Source of the DNA: Balanoglossus misakiensis
Taxonomy: Eukaryota > Animalia > Hemichordata
Assembly: GCA_040954595.2 (NCBI GenBank)
Contig: CM082593.2
Coordinates: forward strand, 2,019,830 to 2,083,829
Length of the DNA stretch: 64,000 bases
Direction of reading: 5' to 3'
Part shown: piece by piece, positions 53,939 through 64,000 of the stretch
Numbering within the stretch: position 1 is the first letter of the stretch
How the letters are laid out: each line of letters opens with the position of its first letter
Translations under genes and position numbers: made by a program
The notes under the pieces: model-generated
Told to the model about the DNA's origin: nothing
Database searches by the model: none
What the model saw: only the letters and a program-made list of their open reading frames with translations

Positions 53939-56900
53939 TTAATTTTCGCCATCATCATTATCATCATCATCTTCTTCGTCTTCATCAAGGTCACTACCAT
54001 CAAGATCATCGTCATCATCATCATCGTCAACCTAAAATGACAGTAACAACCAATTTATCAGTCGAAATTCAATGACAGTGAATACATACAAACATACATA
54101 CTTAGCCTTATGTACAGTACATCCATCCATCTGTCCACACACATCCATATAAATACACACACATACATAAATACATACATACAGACAGACTGATTCAATA
54201 AGTTCCCATCTGTATGTATAAACACTTTATATGGAATGGTAGGTAAAAATGACAGGAAATCTTACCGGGTGACCCAACTCTTTCAATTTCTTCTTATATT
54301 CATCTATTTTGTTGTCTTGATCGGCTAATAAAACTAACAAATCATCTTGTTCTTTCTTTGTGGATGTCATATCCTCTGCAATTTTGTTTTTCTCATCTTC
54401 TACTTTTTCCTTTTCTTCCCTCAGACTTTTTATTTGTTCATTAAGATTTCTGAGTTCGTCGTCATTGGACTGACTCGAATTCTGTTCTTTGAGGGATTTA
54501 TTCTCATCTTCCAGTTCTTGTTTACTCTTAATCACAGTTTCCATGTCCTTCCTGAGCCGTTCACTTTCCTGGTTGGCATTGCTGACTTGGCTCTCTAGCT
54601 CAGAAATCTTGGTTGCCATGGCTGCTTTCTCAGCAATCAGTGCTGCATTATCAGCTGCAGATTCAGATGACCCCTGACCCTGAAATACAAAATGAATAGC
54701 ACTTTATTCATAGTTACTCAATTCAAAAATATACACTTGTGATTTACAAATTGAGTACATATAATTTTCTCCCAAATAAATATGTAGGGGCAATAAAAAT
54801 GAAAGTCATGGATGCTGCACAATAAACGAAAATAATGTCCACTGACCATTGACTGGATCTGGTTTGTTAATTCTTCAACTTGAGACTGATACCTCTTGAC
54901 TTCACTTTCTTGTTCTAAAATAACTGTTTTCAGTTCTTCCAACTCTTGATTCTGTTCAGTCACTTTAGTTTCTAGTTCTGTCACCCCTGATGCATCCTCG
55001 GCCCCGCTGTGTTGGGATTCTTCTTGTACGACAGCTTTGGCTTCAGATACAGTCAAGTCATTTTTCTGGACAGAGACACAAGAACACAGTTAGAAATTAT
55101 GTGACAACTTCCCCCACAGTATTCCCCCTATTTCAATGTAAGGAGGTTCAAGCACACCACTGAATATAACAGAGTTTGACCAATGAGAAGGACTACACCA
55201 ATTCATTAAACATACAAAGGACGAATTCTGACTTACAAGTTTTTCTATCGTTTCATCTTTCTCATTCATTAGCTGCTGTAAATTTTCATTTTGTTTCTTC
55301 ATTTCTTCAATTTCTTGTTGTAATTTGGAAGTTTCTTCCGTATTTGCACTGATCCCAAATGAATCCATGACCGCTGCCTGCTGCACTACCAAGTCGCCTT
55401 GACCCATGGCATCTGTTGGTGAAAATTAAAATCACAGTATTTTCTGTTATTAGAGATTAATGTGCTCAACCCCCTCCTCTCCTTGAAGTACTGAAAACTG
55501 GTTACTGCTATAACATTGTCCCCATTATCTGCATGGAATGAGCTATACCCATGGCTACCTATTGTCTGAAGGACCATACCATCCTGTACTAAGGGTTGGA
55601 TGTTTGTTTTATACCTTGCTGTCCTTTGAGAACTGCATACTGGTCTTTCAGCTGCTGGATCTGTGACAACTGCTCCTCAATCTGTGTGTTGCAAGTAGCA
55701 TACTTGGTTTGCAGATCCTTGTGTTCATTCTTCAGATCCTGTAGTTCTTTGTCCTGAAGAAAAATATATGTTTTGTAACAGACAAGTCTTAACCATTACA
55801 CCACTATTTCCTTCTTTACAGGTCCAATTTTACAACTAAAAACAAGAATCAAGTGAACCAAATTCCATTCAGGAAAGCCGTATAGTCTTGTGATGTTTAC
55901 CTGTTCTCGTATGAGTTCTTTGTACTGCGTTACAATGTTGTCATGTGCTTCTATAGTCTTCTGGTGATTTTCAGTTGAATTCTGTGTCGTCTCTGACCCC
56001 TGAACAGACTTCACAATTGGACCTGGATGTAGAATGTACACAAAAGAATATCAAACTTACAATTCAATATCAAGATGGCCGGAGTGATTCTTTTTCAACT
56101 GGTTGACCACCATCTATGGCAGCATGAATTGAAAGCAGAAAAGATTAACAAACTTGCCTTCAAGTTGTTTGAAAAGTGATGTAAATTCGTAGTCAAACAG
56201 AAGCTGATCTGAGCTGTCGTATTTCATCTGTGGCTTCTTGGCCGCTTTGGTGTAACACTCGTGTTTGGAAACCGCGTCTAACTTCTCTATGAATGATTCC
56301 ACACCTATCCTCTTGGCGATCAGCTGTCTTAGGTTCTCCCTGAAATGATGAGTGAATGAAGATTCATAAGATATGTTTTAATTATCATTCTGTAAAGCGA
56401 AGTACACTGAATAGTAAAATCTCAGTACTGAACAATCGTCTGAACTTACTTGTTAAAAGCTGCAATGGAATCATCATTAAACTGTAGACAGATGCCAAGA
56501 AGGAACGCACTCAGTCCCTGGATCACTTGGTCAGTTTCATCAACATTGTCAGCTACTTGCGAAGTCAACTGAAGCAGTTTCATTCAGGAAATAACAACTG
56601 ATGTTGTACAAAAGGAATTCTTATAACTGCATTTACACCAATCCCCCCTCCCACTCCCCTACCCTCCTGGACTCTTGACAAAGGATACATATGGCACATT
56701 TGATGGATTGTTCAGGAAATGAGTAACTGCGATGGGGCATGATGACGCCCATGAACACAGTAATATCAATAGTCCAACTTTGCTTTGGAGTTTACTGGTT
56801 GGCTGTGAATGAAAAGAACATGAAGAAAATTAAATTATCTTGTATATAGTTGTGTATGTTGGCAATTATATCATCTTGATGAAGCACATACAGAGGCAGC

Positions 56901-59900
56901 TGCAAAAGAACCTACCTGAGCCAATATATTTGTGCACTGCTGCAGCAGTGACACAGGTGGCGTTCCAAGACTTGTTGCTAACTGCACTCGCAGTAGCTGC
57001 TCTTTCTGATTGCCGTTGTCTTTGAGTGCGTGTGCTAGAGCCACAGCAGCGCACCAGTTGGACAGCGAGTCCAGGCTGAACAGACCGCCACACAGCAACT
57101 GTCCAGCTGTCACAGCACCAACTGTAAGATACAGGAGAAGACTTTGTTTTTTTTCCTGTTAGAACTACGTGGGATATTTAACATTTGACCCATGCATCCA
57201 ACTACCATTACCACTGCACCAATTTCACCTGTGGCCCATACACACTCCTATCAATTAGTTCACACAATGCTGCCTTCTTTAACCCTTTCACCACTATGGT
57301 CCAGTCCAAATCTGTTGAACCTCTAAAGAGGGAACTGCTTGAGATGGTAAATATTTGGCACATCACCTTCAATATTTTGTAACACATGTAATTGACGACT
57401 ACATACAGATGACATAATTTACAAACATTTGTTATAAATAAAATAAATAATTTTTCTCTGAATATGGCTTTGACCGAAATTACCAATCAGAATCTATCTA
57501 ACATTCCTGATTACAAACATGCACACTTTATACCCATACTTCTGAAAACAACACATAGTTAGTAGGGTGGCCAGATCCCTCTGACATTTAACCCTTTCAC
57601 CCCTATTTCATAATGGTCTAGCCTCATCACTGAAAACAATGAAATTACACCAAGCAGTAGCAGTGATAAGATTACTTTTTCACGAGACAAACACAAACAG
57701 ACACAGAACAAGAGAAACATGTTTCAGTGATGGACTTTTCTCCATGCAAGTCAGTCAACATAACAAGCATCACCCAAACTTTCACCGAAAATTTAATTCC
57801 CTTTACGATGCCACTGCTGTGGTCCCAAAGATTTGCCACCCACATGCAGTTTTGTGTTAAATGATTGTACTTTTTTTGCGCATTTAAACCTGGCTTTCCT
57901 TCCAATTTTCAATGATTAAACAACTTTGATTTCTGAATGGATTTCTGAGAAGAAAAAAAAACTCTACCGGACTGACAACCAGCCAACATAAAAATAATAA
58001 ATAATAGCAGCAGGCAAGCCTTAATTATTTTTTTACAGTTGGCATGGTGATGACCCCTCACATAAGAGTATGCAGCCTCACCATTATAAAGAAATGCATA
58101 TTTTTTGCAGGAGAAAAAATAAAACAAAATAAGCAAAATGTTGATATGTGTAGGCATTTCTACCTCACTTCAGATCATTCAGAAATCAGAAATTGTCGAA
58201 TGAATTGGGAGGTTGGCCTGGAGTTTGGCCTTCAAAGGTATAAGACTCGTCTCCGTACCTTTCTCATAGAGCACTGTTACCGGAGAGAAAAAAAGTGACA
58301 CCATATTTTTAGTCTTTTTTCTCCATGTGTTTTGTTCTTAAGCAGTTTTTTTGGTGATAGTTTTGTGGGTATGGAATGATAAAGTGTCCCATGAGAGAAT
58401 ACCGGTTTCAGAGAGAATAGTCCAAGATTTTAGAAGTTAACATGGCGATGTTATTTAAGTCGACAGTTATGATGCAGGTACGATAGCAAGCAGAGGCGTT
58501 GGGAAGCAAAAATACATTTTCGACAGAGAAGACTGCTGTGTTAAAATAGGGGGAATCTGTACGTTAAAATTGTAGGGAGAATGTGGAAAATTGAGGGACT
58601 GTTGGTATATGATACATGATGAAAAACAAATATTACAGCTTAAAAAACAAGACACGACAGAACATGTACGATCAAAAATGGACAGACGACGATGAATAAT
58701 CAACTGAAATGAACAAAAACGAACAACAAATTAATGTATACAAGACAAAACAAAGCAAAATAAAGCAAACAAAATAAAACAGAACACTGATCTTTGAACA
58801 TGTTTTCTTGGATTTTTTTCAATGATGAAAAGTCACTCAATTTTTGCCCATCTTAAGTACACTATCTCCCTCAAAACTGACATCATTGACAGCTCACAAA
58901 AATGAAATCTTGTCAGAAGAAATTGTATATTATTGTTGTCTGCCTGCCTGCTCAGATGAGAGAATGTCAGTCATGGACAAAATGGTTTAATCCAACTTGG
59001 ATCATACCATTTTCAGAGAGGGAACATCCAGGACGTTCCACAGTTCTTACCTTCCGCACTTGATGGCAGCAACGTTGAAACAATCTGTGCCTGACCGACT
59101 TCATTTTTGAATAAAAAGCACTGGAAACAGTAGAGGACGGCACACCGCAAGACAAACGGTTGTTTTTCATTCACCATTGACATCAACAGGACAACTATAG
59201 CAGGCCTGCAATAAAGAATGGTAAATCTAAGGCATGCCAGCAAATATCAAATTTACCATGAAAATGCAAGTCTCAGCATCATTCTCATATTCTCAAATGC
59301 TTACCTTGGAGGGTTAGAGGGCGCTGTCACTGACGCAAAGTAATCTTGATTGGTGTTGTTGCCTCGAATGACCTCTGACACAGTATTGATAGTCTGTGGA
59401 ACCAATCAAACACTGGGTATCAGATTGTGAGGGTTAAAGTTTAAAAAGATCCCGATTTTGTCAATTTTACATCCGCAAGAATAACAGCTTCATCACAGCT
59501 GACAGTAAAGACTGGCAGTATTAATCAACGATTTACATCAACCAACCTCTGTGAGTATATCAGCCGGGACACCGCTTGCCATGAGAATTACACACAACTG
59601 TTGCAGGAGACCACACTGATGCATCACTTTCTGGCAAGCCAAAGTAGCCTGCTGTGGGTTGCTAGGGGAAACCATGGTCCTGATGACCTCCAGCATCAGG
59701 TGGATGTTGGTGACCTTCTGCGCTGACCAGCCAGCTTCGGCCGATTTGGGTTGGCTGGCAGATTGGAGGTCGAAGAATGGTGTTAATCTTTGAATGAAGC
59801 TGTGTAGAGAAAAGAAATCAGATGTTACTATTGAAATGCAAGCTTCACATGTACATTGTACTATTCACACAAGATCAGTGAAGCAAAAACACCAGACTCA

Positions 59901-62009
59901 AGTAGTTGGTACACATGTACCCGATAGATGGCAGAAAACAATCACCTACCTTCCTTCTTTGAAGAAAGTTTGATTTGAACTATTTTTCCTGATTAAATTG
60001 AGCAAAAGCAGTAAACAGTCTTCGACGACAATGCCTCCATCACTGTTGCCTTCCTCAGTAATGATCTCTAGCAATCTCTCAAATGCATTTTCGAAAGCAA
60101 CAATTTTCTGAATTGCAGCATTGCTCTTGGTTAGTTGGATTAAAAGTAACAGACCCTGTAAGGAAAAGCAAGTTTATGTTATATGTGGATCGAGGCCAAG
60201 CCTCAGTCATCAGAATGGTCAACATCCTGAAGTGGTTTTGAAATTCCAGTACTTTGCAAGATTTTTATAGAATGTAAAAAGCCTGGTTATTTACCAGCAG
60301 GCGCTGAGTGAAACTTTAACAACTTATGGTAGAATATCTGAGAATTTTTTATAAACTTACATCATTCCTGATAACCTCTCTGCTGTCAGAGAGCAAATCC
60401 ACCAGTTTGGACACACCCATGGGACTAACTAGAATAGCCTGTTGTAGTTGATTGCTTCTGTTCATTAGAAGGGACGTCAGTAACCTGACAGTGGGTCTGC
60501 GGATGTGGAAATCGTACTCCTAGATAAAAGCAATGCGAGAGTTACATTAGCATGTCTTTGTAATGATACGAGAGCTGGTCAGAATGTTACTTAGAATATA
60601 ACCTGGAGTTGAAGGATCACTGTTGTGTGTTGGTGTGGTAATTCTTACCTCAAGTAAACCAAGCAGCAAGGAGACATTTTCTGTGCTTTTGATAAATATT
60701 TCTGTAAATTGTCCACTCAGATCCTCAGGATCTAGATTCCTCGGTGCTTCCGAGACAAATTCTTCATCTGTGTTAAAGATAAGAGAGGAAAAAGTCAGAA
60801 TTCGTTTCTTTAACTTTTGCATAATAAGTGCTATCCAAATACTTTGATATCCTCACTGTGCAAACCAACTGAGAGATTGTCTTGCTATGTCACCCAGGAT
60901 GCATTACTCTCCAGTTTGCAAAAATAATGCAATTCCCTAACATATAATTCCAACATTACCATCTTCTTCTGGAGGATGCGTGGTGACTACATTATGCAGA
61001 GTTTCTAAAGCATAGCTGATAATCTCGCCATCTCCGCGGTCTGTCTGCAATACATTGATCAAGACATCCATGCCCTGGGTTCCAACTTCAAGGCGGAATT
61101 TCTGTTAAGAAAAATTATATGTGACCCTCATGTAAATATATTTACTCTACACAGCTACAGACTGATTTGGTAGCTCAATTACTCCATCATCATTATTTTG
61201 TTAAAATCCAGTGGTGAAATATGTTCATAACGATTTTAATCCTTACCTTAGAGAGAGATTTGAGTGCTCTGACTGCATCTCTACGATCATCCAGCAAAGT
61301 TGATGATTGCACCCTCTCAACTAACCGAGCCACCTGAACAGGTAACAAAAATATGTTTCTTATTTGCATGTGTATGTATGCCAAGTATGTCGAATGAGCT
61401 TGACAATGGCTCTTGACATTTGGCTTGGATGTCTATAAAATATTATATCTATGTAAACATGACTGTTTTCAATTTACCACACTTCATTGCTGATACATGG
61501 TGGAATAAAACACATGAAATCTAACAAGTCCCTGCAGATTTCTCTATAATGAGAGGGGGTCTGGTCTCTCCAGTCATATCTCAGAGTCTGAGATTGAGAA
61601 AGGGGGATGGGCCCACAACTGGAGGATGGCCACCTTGGGATTCCAAATAAAACTTGAAGGCTGCACTTTTATTTTTGGATTATCAATCCCGTCGAACGTT
61701 ATATGGTGATAGTTGAGAGATATCTGCATTCCATATTGTGCATTGTACAAAGAGCTGGTAATTATACGTGTCTCTTTCCAGCTGGAACACGTCGTGTCGA
61801 TAGCACTGCCCTCTGCCGTGTGTTCACTTCCTGATTCCAACATGGTCATTCATTTACTAGCGCTCTACAGTAGCGGGATGGCTTTCGACGCGACGGTCGA
61901 CAGCAATGAGAGTAGAGTCATGCTTATGGTTTCAACTTACGGTATCGGCTCCAGTCGGCTGCGAAGACGGACTTTGCGAACCTAGAATACCACGAAAATA
62001 TTTCGCCAT
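53939..62009 (-). CDS. USO1: General vesicular transport factor p115 (USO1), ~1020 aa
   Basis: Exons 62009-61941, 61333-61247, 61101-60960, 60767-60649, 60519-60361, 60155-59950, 59799-59547, 59393-59305, 59205-59051, 57121-56916, 56802-56689, 56568-56450, 56339-56158, 56022-55901, 55753-55615, 55412-55237, 55065-54847, 54679-54266, 54031-53939 (3063 nt, open). Motifs: SSTLLDDRRDAVRALKSLSK, SREVIRND, IQKIVAFENAF, KQPFVLRCAVLYCFQCFL, AGQLLCGGLFS, KEQLLRVQLAT, a coiled coil, KKEQDDLLVLLADQD, and an acidic tail. Confidence 0.96.
54083..54192. repeat. Compound (ACAT)n/(CCAT)n/(CAGA)n microsatellite in the last USO1 intron
   Basis: Direct reading of the tetranucleotide runs. Confidence 0.75.
56023..56157 (-). 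other. GC-AG intron in USO1
   Basis: GAAG|gcaagt donor is the only nearby site that gives the in-frame, homologous join KQLE-G-PIVKSV; the adjacent GTs shift frame. Confidence 0.82.
56569..56688 (-). other. U12-type (minor spliceosome) GT-AG intron in USO1
   Basis: 5' splice site |GTATCCTTT. Branch-like TTCCTGAAT (56590-56582) about 15 nt from the AG, with no polypyrimidine tract. Confidence 0.88.
57279..57675. mobile_element. Two degenerate TTAACCCTTTCAC-ended mini-elements (57279-57350, 57588-57675) in USO1 intron 9
   Basis: Both begin TTAACCCTTTCACC and end in decayed versions of GTGAAAGGGTTAA. A perfect GTGAAAGGGTTAA also occurs at 783-795. TTAA+CCC ends resemble piggyBac-type termini. 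Confidence 0.45.
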
Positions 62010-62370
62010 CCTTGATTTTGTTGCAGACTATGGCTCAGTATGCGCACGCGCGGAGACGTGGCCCTAACCCACAATGCTTCACGGCTTCCAATCATTCTGA
62101 GGGCGCACCTGCACAAGATAAGTAGATATATGTCTGAAACTGATCCCTAGTAACGCTTATTAATATATTACTAGTGAGTGCCAGTGCAACCGCAGCAGAC
62201 GACATATATTACATACACAGTTGCTTGTCATGTCAAGAACAAGGCGATTTATGTGCTAAGGGGAGCCGATCCTGAATCAGCATTTGCCCAACCGACTGTG
62301 GTTACTTAGGACGCTAAGGTATACTCAGCTGTCCTCCTGTGCCCTGATTGGCTGTTGCCATGGTTATCAC
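62010..62370. promoter_or_regulatory. Putative bidirectional promoter shared by USO1 and the ELOVL gene
   Basis: Head-to-head genes. NRF1-like TGCGCACGCGCG 62041-62052; ZNF143/Staf-like TAACCCACAATGCTTCACG 62065-62083; CCAAT 62088 and ATTGG 62347; X-box-like GTTGCCATGGTTAT 62354-62367. Confidence 0.6.
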
Positions 62371-62764
62371 TCTAGTGCTGCTTTCATAGATCATTTCATG
62401 TCTGTATATAGAGAGCCATCTATACATTGTGGTTGAACCTTCACTAATGACATCTGCATAATTGTATCAATGTTACATAACACAAGAGGCCTCAATGCAA
62501 AGGTTTTCAATGTGTGGCATCAATTGCTGTAAAATTATATGGTGGTCTTGATGAATTGTAACAGAATCGTCACTACTGAGTTCCACCTCGAGACAGGTGT
62601 GTAGACAATTTGATACCACAACTGGCAGAGATAAATGTGTATAAGTGGTTGTACATTATCTGTCATTGGGAACATACTGGATAACACATATACTGCCAAC
62701 AATGGATGACCTTCTCAATTTCTGTTGCATTGCAGATTTTCAAGACATTCCAAGCCCAGTCACA

Positions 62765-63767
62765 ATGGTGCGTTTCACAGCCTATCAAGTGGCATCCACT
62801 TTTCTAAGCCTCCGATCAGTGCCAGTGATGATGTTATACCTCCTTATGATCTGGATGAGTAGATTCTACCAGAGATATACCTCACCACTTTCTCTCAGAC
62901 CTGTGAGTTTTCATGTAAATTTATATTTGCTGTATTTTGCTGTATTATGTTTGTATACACTGCATTTATTTACTGTATATATCTGTATTTTGATGTGCAT
63001 GTGCATTGCTTATAAAAATGCATCTGCGTATTTTTCCCAATAGTATGCCATGTCACAGGCAATAAGGGAGGGTTCATAATAATTGTGGTGAGGGGATGGT
63101 ATGGACAATTCTGCAGTGACTATTTCACTTACTCTTTTTCCCTCCAACACAGGCATTGGTGGTACACAACCTGGTTTGTAGCCTCGTAAGCCTGTACACT
63201 CTATGTGGCATGATCTATGGTATGTATGAATCCAATTCAGTGTTTGCCAAGGAAACAACACCAACGCTGCAGCACTTCTTCTACGTGTACTGCTGCACGA
63301 AAAACCTGGAACTGTTGGACACTGTCTTCATGGTTCTCCGTCACCGCAGTCGGCAGATCTCCTTCCTCCATGTCTACCATCACGCAAGCATGCTTCTCCT
63401 GAGTGACTTCAGCTACAACTATTGCCCCTGGCCGGCCATTGCCTTTGGTCTCAGCATCAACTCCCTCGTCCATGTCTGCCTGTATCTGTACTACGCGCAG
63501 ACAGCGTACGACTCCTCGCGTGCCCCTGCCTGGAAGAAGAACATGACACAGATGCAGATCTTGCAGTTTCTAGTCGGCCTGGTTCATAACACAATTGGCT
63601 ATCTCCACCATGGATTCTGTATCTATGGATTCTTCTATGCTTTCAGTATGCTCTACCTGTTTTCAAACTTCTACTACCATGCCTTCATAAAACTATCCAG
63701 CAAAAGAATTGACCAAGTCAAGACGAACGGCAGCTCAACTCCGAATAAAGATGTCAAACTTGATTGA
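62765..63767 (+). CDS. Very-long-chain fatty acid elongase (ELO/GNS1/SUR4 family), ~250 aa; exons 62765-62902 and 63153-63767
   Basis: ELO motifs KNLELLDT (KxxExxDT), QISFLHVYHH (His box), NSLVHVCLYLYY, TQMQILQF, LFSNFY. Donor CCT|gtgagt at 62903, acceptor cag|GCA at 63152. Start taken at ACAATGG 62765; the exon opens at an acceptor at 62736, so a short upstream coding exon cannot be excluded. Confidence 0.92.
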
Positions 63768-64000
63768 GAAGTCAAGTAGTGTGCATCTCAATAATTAAAT
63801 TTATGTGACTTATGAATGCTATAGCATAATAAGCAGTAGTATTCAAAATATACAAGGGCAATCAGAGATAATAATTTGATAATCAAGAAAGTTGCATTTA
63901 TAATGAAGATTATTTTTATGTATATAATACACTAAGGAATTTGACCCACCGATATGGTAGCAGTGGGAAGATTTCCACTGACAGATTTAGCTATGTGGCC

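Noticed and set aside
57890-58703. Other acceptor-like sites in USO1 intron 9 (57944, ~58535, 58703) as coding cassettes
   Set aside because: They hit in-frame stops or lack a frame-preserving donor; possible poison exons but unsupported.
40655-61985. Antisense ORFs overlapping real exons (e.g. 40655-40990, 44907-45191, 50923-51258, 54347-54598, 61713-61985)
   Set aside because: Shadow frames of codon-constrained exons on the opposite strand.

Overview
AT-rich, intron-dense animal genomic DNA. The compact introns, deuterostome-like proteins and TTAACCCTT mini-elements suggest an invertebrate deuterostome such as a hemichordate (inference). Five protein-coding genes were reconstructed by hand from splice sites and frame continuity. 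(1) The first three coding exons of Bicaudal-C (BICC1, minus strand, 40884->11906); its large introns fill the first ~41 kb and the gene continues beyond position 1. (2) A complete 19-exon IkB-kinase alpha/beta-type gene (+, 44258-49207, ~715 aa). (3) A 6-exon effector caspase-3/7-like gene (+, 50729-52920, 360 aa). (4) A 19-exon USO1/p115 gene (-, 62009->53939, ~1020 aa). (5) An ELOVL fatty-acid elongase (+, 62765-63767). The most interesting signal is the IKK: its catalytic motifs are intact, but the two activation-loop serines are replaced by Pro and Glu (a natural phosphomimetic at the S181 position), and it has no Ser-rich tail or NEMO-binding motif. It lies directly upstream of a caspase whose promoter is packed with kB/ETS/CRE/AP-1 sites. 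USO1 carries a U12-type intron, a GC-AG intron and a candidate 15-nt microexon. No CRISPR, rRNA, tRNA or intact transposon ORF was seen. All homology calls come from recalled protein motifs, not from database searches.
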